From NCBI GenBank assembly GCA_963817915.1, contig CAWFQL010000011.1, positions 128,001 through 192,000 on the forward strand: DNA of 64,000 bases, written 5' to 3'. The position numbers and the translations under genes were made by a program. Origin of the DNA: an uncultured candidate division Zixibacteria bacterium (GTDB lineage: Bacteria > Zixibacteria > MSB-5A5 > UBA10806). Positions within the stretch are counted from its first letter, which is position 1; the number at the start of each line of letters is the position of its first letter. The notes under the pieces were generated by a model. The model ran no database searches and had not been told where the DNA came from. It saw only the letters and a program-made list of their open reading frames with translations. This document shows positions 1-10,367 of this stretch, in pieces.

Positions 1-600
1 TCAGATGCTGAATTAAAAAAAATTACCGGTCTTTTCAAAAAAGAAGCTGTTTTGCTTTTCCCTACAGATACGGTCATGGGAATTGGCTGCCGATTTGATT
101 CCGAAAAGGGTATTGCCAGGTTAAGAGAAATCAAGGGTATCGATGGTAAGAATCCATTGGCTGTCTTGATTTCCGATATCGAACAACTTGATATGCTCAA
201 GGTTCGAAAAAGCAGCGTCTCCAATTTATTGATGAGCAAATTCTGGCCGGGGCCGCTAACAATCGTATTGACATCGGAAGATACGTACCCGTGCAGTGGT
301 GAGGGGAATTCATTGGGCTTGCGTCTGCCTGACGCTGCCGGGTTGCGCAGAATTATCGAAATGGTTGGTATTCCACTGGCGGCCACAAGCGCAAATGTCC
401 ATGGCCAGCCGGATGCCACCAGGCTTGCGAACGTCTCCAGAAAAATTGTAAAGGCTACGGATTACACGGTCGATATCCCCATTAATCCCTCGGGAATTTC
501 GTCAACTGTTGTCAAAATAGAGGGCGGCATCGTTAAAATTCTGCGGGAGGGCCTGATCACCAGAGCAGAACTCAAAGAAGTTGTAGGGGATAGGATTTGA
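1..600 (+). CDS. tsaC: L-threonylcarbamoyladenylate synthase (TsaC/Sua5/YrdC family), 5' partial
   Basis: Frame open from base 1; motifs FPTDTVMG, FWPGPLT, ATSAN, SSTVV..LREG. Confidence 0.9.
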   Translation, partial: SDAELKKITGLFKKEAVLLFPTDTVMGIGCRFDSEKGIARLREIKGIDGKNPLAVLISDIEQLDMLKVRKSSVSNLLMSKFWPGPLTIVLTSEDTYPCSGEGNSLGLRLPDAAGLRRIIEMVGIPLAATSANVHGQPDATRLANVSRKIVKATDYTVDIPINPSGISSTVVKIEGGIVKILREGLITRAELKEVVGDRI

Positions 601-1100
601 CAGGCAAGAATTATAAAGTTCTATTTATATGCACCGGCAATACCTGCAGGTCGCCGATGGCCGAAGGGATTTTGAAGTATCATCTCAAGGAAAAGGGGAT
701 TGATTTCATTGAAGTCTCATCCGCGGGAACATCGGCTATGGATGGCGCCTGGGCTACTCCCTTTGCAATCGAAGCGGCCAAGGCATGGGGGATCGATATC
801 AGCGGCCACAATGCTCGTTTCCTAACTGGCTCCATTATTGATGACGCCGATTTGATTCTGGCAATGGCGGCCGAACATGTGGAGACAGTCTTTAAAATAA
901 GATCGTCGGCGAAATCAAAAACATTCATGATAAAAGCCTTTCCCGAATCATATTCGCCGAATCAGGAAAAGGTATCAGACCCTATTGGAAGCGACCTTGA
1001 GCAATACAACCAGACATTTATGGAATTGGATGAACTATTGCGGCGAATCGAAGGTAGAATAATAAATATGGCTCAATCGGATGGAAAAAAAACTAAATGA
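597..1100 (+). CDS. Low molecular weight protein-tyrosine/arginine phosphatase (YwlE-like)
   Basis: P-loop CTGNTCRSPMAE, SSAGT, DPIG motif. Confidence 0.92.
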   Translation: MTGKNYKVLFICTGNTCRSPMAEGILKYHLKEKGIDFIEVSSAGTSAMDGAWATPFAIEAAKAWGIDISGHNARFLTGSIIDDADLILAMAAEHVETVFKIRSSAKSKTFMIKAFPESYSPNQEKVSDPIGSDLEQYNQTFMELDELLRRIEGRIINMAQSDGKKTK

Positions 1101-2009
1101 TCGCGAATGTAATCATGGCGACTTTCATAGGCTTTTTCCCCGGGCTGATTTATTCTGACAATGTTGTTTCTGATTCTGCCAAACAAGAGGTGACATCGCC
1201 GGATTCAACTATTAACATCCCCAAAGATTCGACGGCGGCAAACGGCCCAAAATCCCAAACAGCAGATTCTGCCGTCGCAGCTAAAATAGTTTTTCCCGTT
1301 TTCTCTGATTCGGCTTGGTGGTTTCGCGAGGTCGATAACAAGGCATTCGGGGTTGGCGAAAGACTTGAATTCTCCGTAAAATATGGAATAATGCCAGCCG
1401 GCACTGCGATAATCGAAATACCCAGCATCATTAATTTTGACGATAATCTTTGCTATAATGTTATCACAACCGCCAATACAAATGATGTTATATCGGTATT
1501 CTATAAAGTTCGAGACAGTGTGACTACCGTAGTCGATGTCAAAGGGCTTTTTACCAGGCAATTCAAGAAGCATTTGAGAGAGGGTACTTATAAAAATGAC
1601 CGCATGACTTTATTTAATCAGCGGAAGCATCTGGCAGTCACCGGGAATGATACAATTCCGACATATTCCTTTGTTCAGGATCCGTTGTCGAGTCTTTATT
1701 ATGTGCGCACCAAAGAGCTTGTTCCCGGGCAGCCGTTGATGATAGATTGTCATGCCGACAAAAAAAATTATCCTTTGAAAATTAATGTACTTAGAAAAGA
1801 AACTGTGGAGGTTAGGGCCGGAAAATTCAATTGTGTCGTGGTCGAGCCTGTCATGCGAACTGAGGGGATATTTCGAGCCAAAGGGCCGAATTTGGATATG
1901 GCTTACCGATGACCAATATAAAATGCCTGTTATGATGAAAACCGAGGTATATTTCCTGGGATCGATATCCGCGTCTCTTACTAAATTCACGCGCGGCAAA
2001 ATCGGGTAA
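1097..2009 (+). CDS. DUF3108-like secreted protein; one frameshift near 1883
   Basis: ORF 1097-1912 (AFGVGERLEF, DPLSSLYYVR, VRAGKFNC) continues as KGRIWIWLTDD..PV in the next frame. Confidence 0.75.
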
Positions 2010-2013
2010 TAAA

Positions 2014-2977
2014 TTGAGCAAGTATAAAAAAATAGATATTTCTAAAATCAGGACAATCAAAGTTTCCGATCGTCCTACGAAGGCCGATATTCATAAATCT
2101 GGAAAAGCGATCGATCCCGGGGCGTCGATGGCCGAATTTTTCGATAGCCTTCCTGATTATTTGAAATCCGCAGATTTGAAAAAGTTAGCATTATCTAATT
2201 GCGACCGCAAAAGTCAACAAGAAGCCGATCATCTGGATGATGGGCGCGCATCCATTGAAGGTGGGTCTTTCGCCGATATTGAATGATTTGATAGATTTGG
2301 GCTTTATAGATCATATCGCGTTCAATGGCGCCGGCGCGATTCATGATATCGAGATGGCGTTTTTCGGCAGAACTTCCGAGGAAGTCGCCGCCGGCCTGGC
2401 CGATGGCACATTCGGGATGGTCGAAGAGACTCCTGCCCTTTTCTTCTCCGCAGTTAAGATGGCTGATACCAATAATCTCGGGCTCGGCGAAGGTTTGGGC
2501 AGATTTATCAAGGAAAAATCGCCGGAGTTTAAAGAATATTCCGTAATCCACAAATGCTATGAGAAAAATATCCCGTTGACAGTCCATGTCGCTATCGGAA
2601 CAGATACCATTTGTCAGCACAAGGATTTCGACGGCGCCTTAATGGGTAAATTGAGTCATCAGGATTTTCTGATATTTTGCCAGACGGTCTCCGGTTTATC
2701 CGGAGGAGTAGTTTTGAATATTGGCTCATCGGTCATTTTGCCTGAAGTCTTTCTAAAAGCATTGACCGTAGCTCGAAATATTAATGGGAAGATAGATAAT
2801 TTTGCCGCGGCCAATTTTGATATGATTCAGCATTACAGGCCCAATACCAATGTCGTGCAGAGGCCTGTAGCCGGTAACGGAATCGGGTTTAGCTTCACCG
2901 GCCATCACGAACTGATGATTCCCCTTTTGGCGGCGGCAATAAAAACCAATTATATGATGATTTCAAAAAAGGAATAG
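2014..2977 (+). CDS. Deoxyhypusine-synthase-like (GSU2086-like) protein; frameshift near 2197
   Basis: Removing one base joins KKLALS to IATAKVNKKPIIWMMGAHPLKVG; NGAGAIHD, TFGM, GSSVILPEVFLKAL, GHHELM motifs. Confidence 0.7.
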
Positions 2978-2979
2978 TA

Positions 2980-4509
2980 ATGTCCAAACTTGTCGAATGT
3001 GTTCCGAATTTTTCCGAAGGCAGGGACCCTCAAAAACTCGCAGTTATTTTAAGAGAGATAGAATCTGTCGAAGGCGTTCAGCTTCTCGATCAGGAAATGG
3101 ATAAAGATCATAACCGCGCCGTGGTCACGTTCGTAGGCGAGCCTGAGCCGGTTCTCGAAGCGGCATTCAAGGCTATGGCCGCGGCGACAGGCATTATCGA
3201 TATGGAAAAACATCGCGGCGAGCATCCCAGGATGGGTGCTACCGATGTCGTGCCATTTGTCCCGATTTCCGATGTCACGATGGATGAATGTGTCGAGCTG
3301 GCCAAGAGGCTGGGGGAACGGGTCGGCCGCGAGCTTCAGATACCGGTTTATCTATATGAAGCGGCCGCGAGTCGTCCTGAACGATCCAATCTTGCCGATG
3401 TGCGTAAGGGCGAATATGAAGGTATTCGCGATACCATTGAAACCGATCAATCGAGAATTCCAGACTATGGCCCCCGTAAGACACATCCTACTGCCGGCGC
3501 GACTGCTATCGGCGCTCGTCCTTATCTGGTGGCATTCAATGTTTATCTCGGTACAACCAATCTTCAAATTGCCAAGAATATTGCCAAAGCAATTAGATTC
3601 GGTGATGGCGGACTGCGCTATGTCAAAGCGCTCGGTTTCGAAATCAAGGAACGTCATTTGGTGCAGGTCTCGATGAATCTTGTCAATTTTGAATTGACTC
3701 CGATATTTCGAGCCTATGAAATGATTAAATCCGAAGCCCGTCGCTACGGCGTCCCTTTGGTATCATCTGAAATCGTAGGTTTGACTCCGATGAAAGCCCT
3801 GACCGATACGGCCGAATTCTTCCTGGGACTTGACAATTTCAAACAAGAACAAATATTGGAGTATAAGCTAAAATCAACTCAGCTGGCCGCCAAGCAAGGC
3901 ATGAAAGGATTTCTTGATACGGTCGCGGCTAATACGCCAACACCCGGCGGGGGATCGGTATCATCGCTGGCCGGGGCGCTGGCCGGGGCATTGGCAACAA
4001 TGGTCTGCGGACTGACAGTTGGAAAGAAAAAATACCTCGATGTCTCCGAGGAATTAAAAGGCGTATTGAAAAAAACCGACGCGTTGCGCATGGAGTTAAC
4101 TTATCTGATAGAAAAGGACGCGCAAGGTTTTGAAAGCGTGGTAGCCGCGAGAAAGATGCCGAAATATACCGATTTCGAAATTGAGCAGAGAAATTCTAAA
4201 ATTCAGGAAGCAACATTGATTGCCACATCGACTCCGCTCGAAGTTATGGAAAAGACAGTGGCTGTAATGGAACTGCTCCCGATAATAGCTGAAAAAGGGA
4301 ATGTCAATTCCATATCAGATATCGGGGTCGCCAATCTGATGGCTTATTCCGCGGTCAGAGGCGCTCATATGAATGTCAGGATTAATATTCCAGGTATCGA
4401 AAATAAAGATAAAGCCAATGAATTTATTTCCAAGGGGAAAAATCTCCTTCTACAAGCCCAGAAGCTTTATGAAAAAACCAATAAAATAGTAGAAGAGAAA
4501 TTAGGATGA
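2980..4509 (+). CDS. ftcD: Glutamate formimidoyltransferase-cyclodeaminase (bifunctional)
   Basis: VECVPNFSEGR, HPRMGATDVVPFVP, C-terminal TPGGGSV cyclodeaminase domain. Confidence 0.95.
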   Translation: MSKLVECVPNFSEGRDPQKLAVILREIESVEGVQLLDQEMDKDHNRAVVTFVGEPEPVLEAAFKAMAAATGIIDMEKHRGEHPRMGATDVVPFVPISDVTMDECVELAKRLGERVGRELQIPVYLYEAAASRPERSNLADVRKGEYEGIRDTIETDQSRIPDYGPRKTHPTAGATAIGARPYLVAFNVYLGTTNLQIAKNIAKAIRFGDGGLRYVKALGFEIKERHLVQVSMNLVNFELTPIFRAYEMIKSEARRYGVPLVSSEIVGLTPMKALTDTAEFFLGLDNFKQEQILEYKLKSTQLAAKQGMKGFLDTVAANTPTPGGGSVSSLAGALAGALATMVCGLTVGKKKYLDVSEELKGVLKKTDALRMELTYLIEKDAQGFESVVAARKMPKYTDFEIEQRNSKIQEATLIATSTPLEVMEKTVAVMELLPIIAEKGNVNSISDIGVANLMAYSAVRGAHMNVRINIPGIENKDKANEFISKGKNLLLQAQKLYEKTNKIVEEKLG

Positions 4510-5333
4510 AACGTGATAACATAGATTTGCATATTCATACCAATGCTTCCGACGGGCTTTTTACGCCTGCCGAAGTTGTTGAATACGCCAAGCGTATGGA
4601 GCTTCGTGCCATAGCCATTTCGGATCATGACACGATTGATGGCTTCGCCGAGGCCGTTACGCTGGTAGATAGTGAAGTGCTCGAAGTAATTTCCGGAGTG
4701 GAGCTTTCATGTATTTATAAGGGGATGGATGTTCATATTTTGGGATATATGATCGATTATGAAAACCCCGAATTCGTTAAAAAAATTCGCTTTTTCCGTC
4801 AGGAACGATATGAACGCGGCGAAGCCATGGTCGCCAAGCTTAACGATCTCGGCATTAATCTATCAATGGATACTGTTATTTCGATCGCTGGAAATAGCGC
4901 TGTTGGACGGCCCCACCTTGCCGATGCCTTGGTGAAAGAGGAATTTGTTCAGACCTATGATGAAGCGTTCGCTCGCTATCTCGGATATCACGCGCCGGCT
5001 TATGTCCCTAAAACAGCGCTGCCGCCGGAAGTCGGTATCGATTTGATTCATCTGGTTCGCGGCGTAGCGGTTCTGGCGCATCCCGGCACCCTTAAGCACG
5101 ATGAATTTATCGAGGATTTTGTAGGCATGGGGCTGGATGGTGTCGAAGCCTATCATTCATTGCATGATAAATCGACGGTCATTAAATATAAAAATTACGC
5201 TCAGAAATATGGCATTATTTATACCGGGGGATCGGATTGCCATGGACCTCGAAAAGGAAAAGCTCTCATGGGGTCTGTCAAAGTGCCTTACAAGTGCCTC
5301 CGCGATATTAAGAGAGTGAAGGAGGAAAAATGA
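4506..5333 (+). CDS. PHP-domain metal-dependent phosphoesterase (TrpH-like)
   Basis: DLHIHTNASDG, SDHDT, GRPH, LAHP, GGSDCHG. Confidence 0.92.
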   Translation: MKRDNIDLHIHTNASDGLFTPAEVVEYAKRMELRAIAISDHDTIDGFAEAVTLVDSEVLEVISGVELSCIYKGMDVHILGYMIDYENPEFVKKIRFFRQERYERGEAMVAKLNDLGINLSMDTVISIAGNSAVGRPHLADALVKEEFVQTYDEAFARYLGYHAPAYVPKTALPPEVGIDLIHLVRGVAVLAHPGTLKHDEFIEDFVGMGLDGVEAYHSLHDKSTVIKYKNYAQKYGIIYTGGSDCHGPRKGKALMGSVKVPYKCLRDIKRVKEEK

Positions 5334-7159
5334 CACGCCTTATTCTTGCGGGAATATTGATAATACTCCTGGCTTCCGTATCATTTGCAGGGGATGAGTC
5401 TTCAGGTGATAATCTGTATCTATATAATAAATTGGCCCAAATAAAAGGATTAACGCCTGCTCCTGTTTCGGAAGCCGGTCTTCCCGGACCCAAATGCGGG
5501 ACATCGATCGCGCTGGCCGTATCGGCCACTCTTCGGCAATCCAATAATCCGCTACTCGCGAATGTTTTGGCGCGTCCCAACTTGCCGGATACGCTGGGAG
5601 GCGCGCATTTCCTGATTCATTATACAACTACGGGGCCCGATTCATGTTACAGGCCGGGCGTTATTAATCCAGCGAACGGCGCTCCGTATTATATTGATTC
5701 TGTCCTTCAGATATTTGAATACAGTTGGAATATTGAAATAGATACTGCCCATCTCGGATACAACGCTCCGCCTATTGATTCCGGCAGGGGAGGAGATAAT
5801 AGATATGATGTTTATATCAAAAATCTGCCTTCGCCGATTCTGGGCTTGACATATCAGGAAGGGTTGGTTGATAACTATCATTATTATAGCTATATTGAAT
5901 TAGAGAATGATTTTGCTGGGACCCAATATGCCTCCAATCCGATTTCTGAAGTAAAGGTGACGGCCGCGCATGAATTCTTTCACGCTATACAATTCGGGTA
6001 TGATGCCTTTGAATTTCATTACACAAATATCAATATCGATACAACATACAAGCCATGGTGGCTCGAAGCCACCTCCACCTGGATGGAAACACAAGTATAT
6101 CCGGAAATTCCGGACTATCTCGGCTACCTGCCATACTTTTATAACTATCCCTGGATGGGTATGGGGTCGTTCTCTTACAATTACTATGATCCCCGATCGC
6201 TTCATCCTTATGCATGCTGTATCTGGCCTATTTATCTTTCGCAAAAATATGGGAGTAACATCATCAGGCAGATGTGGGAGGGCTGTGCTACTATAGCGGG
6301 CTACAATCTGCTCCCGGCATCCGATGCAATCTTCAATGGATTAGGAAGCAATTTTCAGGATGAATTTACCGAATTCGCCGTTTGGAATTTTCATACTGCC
6401 GATCGGGCGAATCTAAACACGTTTTATGCTCAGGGGAATTTATACCCTCGAGTCCTTCCCACTTCATCGATTGGTGATTTGACCTCAGTGCCGGTTTCGA
6501 TAGGCGGTCCTCAGGACCCGCCTGAAAATCTGGCTGCTAACTATATAGTTATCAAAGCGGGCGATACACCAGGCGGAGTCCTGGTAAATTTCATAGGACA
6601 AATTATTCAGGATCCAAAGTGGTATGTCGCACTTCTCGGATATCGACATGGCGATAGCCGCTGGAGAAAGATGGATATATTTCCAGACAACGGGACTGGT
6701 CAGGGATATTGGTGTAATTGGAGCGGATATGATTCGGTCGTTGTAATCCCGACCGTTTCGGGCTTGAATCCCACCTATGTGAGCTACTCCTATTCGGGCG
6801 ATGTGTCCTATGATGCCAGCCTGATCAATTGCGGAGTATCGGCCCAAGGATTTAAAATAACTTCTTCTTACCCATCGCCTTTCATAATTGATGGCAACGC
6901 ATCCACCAAAATGACTATTCAATATTCATTGGGTGAACGATTCAATGAATCGGATATTATTATCAGCATTTTCGATGTCAACGGGGATTTGGTACGAGTC
7001 ATGGATAGATCAGAGAGATTTCTGCCATCGGGAATAATCAGATGGGACGGCAAGAATGAAGATGGCGAGTATGTCGCTGGCGGCATATATATGCTGGTCA
7101 TGACCGCGGATAAAAATACATACAAAGCCAAAATAGCAGTCGTTAACGATTCCAGATGA
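5330..7159 (+). CDS. Secreted zinc metalloprotease (MXAN_6640-like) with C-terminal FlgD-Ig/T9SS-like domain
   Basis: Signal peptide, AHEFFHAIQ zincin motif, WWLEATSTW, C-terminal YPSPF...FDVNGDLVR...WDGKN...GGIY. Confidence 0.8.
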   Translation: MTRLILAGILIILLASVSFAGDESSGDNLYLYNKLAQIKGLTPAPVSEAGLPGPKCGTSIALAVSATLRQSNNPLLANVLARPNLPDTLGGAHFLIHYTTTGPDSCYRPGVINPANGAPYYIDSVLQIFEYSWNIEIDTAHLGYNAPPIDSGRGGDNRYDVYIKNLPSPILGLTYQEGLVDNYHYYSYIELENDFAGTQYASNPISEVKVTAAHEFFHAIQFGYDAFEFHYTNINIDTTYKPWWLEATSTWMETQVYPEIPDYLGYLPYFYNYPWMGMGSFSYNYYDPRSLHPYACCIWPIYLSQKYGSNIIRQMWEGCATIAGYNLLPASDAIFNGLGSNFQDEFTEFAVWNFHTADRANLNTFYAQGNLYPRVLPTSSIGDLTSVPVSIGGPQDPPENLAANYIVIKAGDTPGGVLVNFIGQIIQDPKWYVALLGYRHGDSRWRKMDIFPDNGTGQGYWCNWSGYDSVVVIPTVSGLNPTYVSYSYSGDVSYDASLINCGVSAQGFKITSSYPSPFIIDGNASTKMTIQYSLGERFNESDIIISIFDVNGDLVRVMDRSERFLPSGIIRWDGKNEDGEYVAGGIYMLVMTADKNTYKAKIAVVNDSR

Positions 7160-7725
7160 TAATGGCTCATGCCGCACATTCGAATACAGGATTGGCCTCT
7201 GTCGCCAGAATAGGGGTCTTTGCCGCTCTGGCATTCGGAGTCAACGCGCCTTTCCTGGCAATCCCCAATGTCGAAACATTCAGTCTTGCCTTATTTTTAT
7301 CCGGACTTTTTCTCGGAATCTACGAAGGGCTTTCGGTCGCGTTTATTGCCGGATTAATATTTATATTTTTCAATCCCAATGGTCCTCAGACTATACTCTT
7401 AGCCGGACTCGCCCAGCTAATCGGATTCGAACTTTTCGCGTTGGGCGGTGGGATTCTTAGGCCCTGGATTTTTTCGAATTATGGCATTAAAAGAAATATG
7501 ATAATATTGACTATCAGCGGAGCGCTCCTGACCTTGTGGTATGATTTTACTACCAATCTTGTTTTCGCGATTTTATTCGGCCCATTTTGGGCGGCAATGA
7601 TTGCCGGGATAGGATTTGGCATTATTCATTTCATAAGCAACACGGTCTTATTTGCGCTATCAACATTCGTCATAGGTAAAATTTGGAAAAGAATAGAATA
7701 TATAATGCCGCCGCTGGCACGTTAA
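7156..7725 (+). CDS. ECF transporter S component (CbrT-like, possibly cobalamin)
   Basis: 189 aa, about six hydrophobic segments, N-terminal RIGVFAAL and IPNVE motif. Confidence 0.65.
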   Translation: MIMAHAAHSNTGLASVARIGVFAALAFGVNAPFLAIPNVETFSLALFLSGLFLGIYEGLSVAFIAGLIFIFFNPNGPQTILLAGLAQLIGFELFALGGGILRPWIFSNYGIKRNMIILTISGALLTLWYDFTTNLVFAILFGPFWAAMIAGIGFGIIHFISNTVLFALSTFVIGKIWKRIEYIMPPLAR

Positions 7726-9656
7726 TATTAGTATTATCGTGTTTCAATTTCGCATTCTGTCAGGAAGTGAAGCCTGATTCTATAAAAATTCCCGTGCCGA
7801 TTCTCATCGATTCTACAAAAACGCTTACGCCGGTTGATTCCTCCAGCCATCTAAGTGACAGCTTGAAAAGCATTATTAAGCCGGATAGTCTTAAATTGGC
7901 GAAGGGCATCAATCCGCTGAGCATGGATACGCTCAAAATTGATACGACCGCTGAAATATTATCAACATACCAGAAAAGGATATATTTATCGCAGGGGATC
8001 GCCGATGAAACCAAAGGAATACCCGGAAGTTTCCTAATTAGCCCCGGTCCAGTAGGATCGCCGAGAATCCTCGATGAATATCTCAATGTCCCGGGAAATG
8101 ATATTTATATCAATGGAATGCCGTTTCTCTATAATGGCATTAACAGGCCTTTTGTCATTGGCATAGATATGGAGACAATACCCTGGGAGACAATCAATAA
8201 TATCGAAAGAAACAGCGACATTTCCAATTGCGACGGAATTGATTTCAGGATGGGCAGGCCGGCTAATAACGACAACAAATCCGACGTCGAATTGGCACGG
8301 GGCCCATATGGGTACAACGGCTCGCGCTGGCGATTCTTCAGGCCGTTTGGCCAAAAGGCATACGGGTATTTTACATTGGGATTCAAGAAGTCCGGCGGCT
8401 ATTTCGATAATTCAGATTACAATGGATATCATGTGTCGGGCGGTATTACCGCGAATATCCTCAATGGTACATTTAGCGCGGACCTCTGGAAACATCGCGC
8501 TAAGGCGGGGCTGAATTCATTTGAATATTTGATACCGCAAGTATCCCGTCAAAGTCGAGGCATTGATAGAGGCGAATTCAAATTCGTCAGAAAATTAAAA
8601 ACATCTGCACTTATGAATATTAGTACAGTATTCCAGAGAAATGCCCAGACAATATACGGCTATGCCAACCCGCTGACCGCAAATTTAAATCTCAGCGGTG
8701 GCATATTTAGTGTTGTCGATTCACTTAAGGGCAAAACGTTGGAAGCGGGAATTAAATATTATAATATGCACATGACTGGAGCCGTACGAAACAGCCCCCA
8801 GGTAAACGATTACGATTTCTATTCGAGGCTCAACTGGCTATTCGAAAAATGGCGATACGATATAAAGCTTGATTACGCCTGGAATAAAATCGACAAAAGT
8901 ACGCTTCTGCCATACGGGATAGTTAAATATGATTTATCGACAAATCTGACTCCGTATTTTTCCGTAGCTCGATATCGGCGACTACCGGATATGAATTTGC
9001 TATACCTCAATGATACTGTCGAGAATCTTGGTATTTCGGGACATTTGGAATCCTATAAATTAATATCAAATCCTGATCTTCATTCACCCCAAACAACCAA
9101 GGCAGCCATTGGGCTCCAATCTAAATTTGGTAAATTTTCCACGAATATTGGAGTATCGTATAAGACTATAGATTCGCAGATTTATTTGAATTATTCCGAT
9201 TCTTCGGGAAATTTTGTCGCCAGACCGACAAATTTCAACGACAGGTTTATTGAGCTAATTGTTTCCGCTGAAGGCAGTGTAGGCCCATTCTCCGGCGAAA
9301 TCTCGGGTACGGTCAGAAGATGGAATGATAAATATTTCGCTGATGGTCTCGAAAAGGATCCGGCTGCGATCGGATTCGGTAGAATATCGGTTCTAAAGCA
9401 ATTTTTTATTCCCAAGCTGTATTTAGGCGGCTCATTCGAGGCACGGGTAATGACGAGGCGCGACTATAGATCATTAATCGATGGCCACGCTGACGCGTTT
9501 GTGGCTACTTCGGGCAGGCTGGAATTTCGCTATTTGGATTTTACTTTCTGGTTAAACGAGGAAAACATTCTGAACAGCGCCTATACAACCTTGTGGCCTT
9601 ATAATGAAGCCGCGAGATTAGTATGGTGGGGTTTCAGATGGGATTTTATAGATTGA
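7683..9656 (+). CDS. Outer-membrane beta-barrel receptor (TonB-dependent-receptor-like)
   Basis: Signal peptide, plug-like IYINGMP..I..IE segment, amphipathic strands, terminal WGFRWDFID. Confidence 0.6.
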   Translation: MEKNRIYNAAAGTLILVLSCFNFAFCQEVKPDSIKIPVPILIDSTKTLTPVDSSSHLSDSLKSIIKPDSLKLAKGINPLSMDTLKIDTTAEILSTYQKRIYLSQGIADETKGIPGSFLISPGPVGSPRILDEYLNVPGNDIYINGMPFLYNGINRPFVIGIDMETIPWETINNIERNSDISNCDGIDFRMGRPANNDNKSDVELARGPYGYNGSRWRFFRPFGQKAYGYFTLGFKKSGGYFDNSDYNGYHVSGGITANILNGTFSADLWKHRAKAGLNSFEYLIPQVSRQSRGIDRGEFKFVRKLKTSALMNISTVFQRNAQTIYGYANPLTANLNLSGGIFSVVDSLKGKTLEAGIKYYNMHMTGAVRNSPQVNDYDFYSRLNWLFEKWRYDIKLDYAWNKIDKSTLLPYGIVKYDLSTNLTPYFSVARYRRLPDMNLLYLNDTVENLGISGHLESYKLISNPDLHSPQTTKAAIGLQSKFGKFSTNIGVSYKTIDSQIYLNYSDSSGNFVARPTNFNDRFIELIVSAEGSVGPFSGEISGTVRRWNDKYFADGLEKDPAAIGFGRISVLKQFFIPKLYLGGSFEARVMTRRDYRSLIDGHADAFVATSGRLEFRYLDFTFWLNEENILNSAYTTLWPYNEAARLVWWGFRWDFID

Positions 9657-9659
9657 AAG

Positions 9660-10121
9660 CTACCAGGATATGATAATGCACTTTCCTTTTTTATATTCAA
9701 TATTCAGCCGATCGAGGGCGTCCATTCGGCCAAGTGTCGGAGGGACATCATCAGTCGCGGCGATCGCGAATTTTGTTTTAAGCTTCCGACCGCCTAATTT
9801 TATTGTCAGATGATGAATATAGATATTTTTCGTAGCTCCTGCCACGAGCCCGGTAATCTTGTATCGTTTGCCGTTGTGGATATTGCCGACAAGGAGGACT
9901 CCCAGGCTTTTGGGAAGCACCGAAATATCAGCCCCGGTATCGGCCAGTACTTCATCGATCGCTATCCAGCTCGAAAGGACGGCGGAATAAATTTGGATAT
10001 CCACTTTTGGACGGAAAACACTATGAAATATATTCGATTTTTCTTTAGTGTACGGGACTATGATCTTTTTGCGGCCGGGATTGTTTTTCTTTTTAGTAGG
10101 GCGGCTTTTGATGTCAGACAA
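9660..10121 (-). CDS. Retropepsin-like (clan AA) aspartyl protease
   Basis: LADTGADISVLP catalytic motif and C-terminal TLGRM. Confidence 0.8.
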   Translation of the reverse strand: MSDIKSRPTKKKNNPGRKKIIVPYTKEKSNIFHSVFRPKVDIQIYSAVLSSWIAIDEVLADTGADISVLPKSLGVLLVGNIHNGKRYKITGLVAGATKNIYIHHLTIKLGGRKLKTKFAIAATDDVPPTLGRMDALDRLNIEYKKGKCIIISW

Positions 10122-10308
10122 TGAAAAACTCCACGTCGTTTTTCCAGCTGATGCTCAGGCTTTTTCCGGGATTTTTATTGGCGATCAACGGGAATTTATC
10201 CAGCGGATTTTTACCTTCCCAAACCGTTTTCCCTTCGAGCTTAATAACATACTTTCCACTCAAAGGAACATTCTTTTTTAATATGATTTTCGTCTGGTTT
10301 TTCATCAT
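10114..10308 (-). CDS. Small DUF5678-like protein
   Basis: 64 aa, GKYVIKLEGKTVWEG pattern, SD AAAGGGG, overlaps the protease start. Confidence 0.55.
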   Translation of the reverse strand: MMKNQTKIILKKNVPLSGKYVIKLEGKTVWEGKNPLDKFPLIANKNPGKSLSISWKNDVEFFIV

Positions 10309-10328
10309 ACAAAACCCCTTTCACTATT

Positions 10329-10357
10329 ACAATATAATATTATCTTCATAATGTCAA
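10329..10357 (-). promoter_or_regulatory. Sigma70-type promoter for the DUF5678/protease pair
   Basis: TTGACA-N17-TATTGT on the minus strand. Confidence 0.55.
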
Positions 10358-10367
10358 AGGATTTTCT

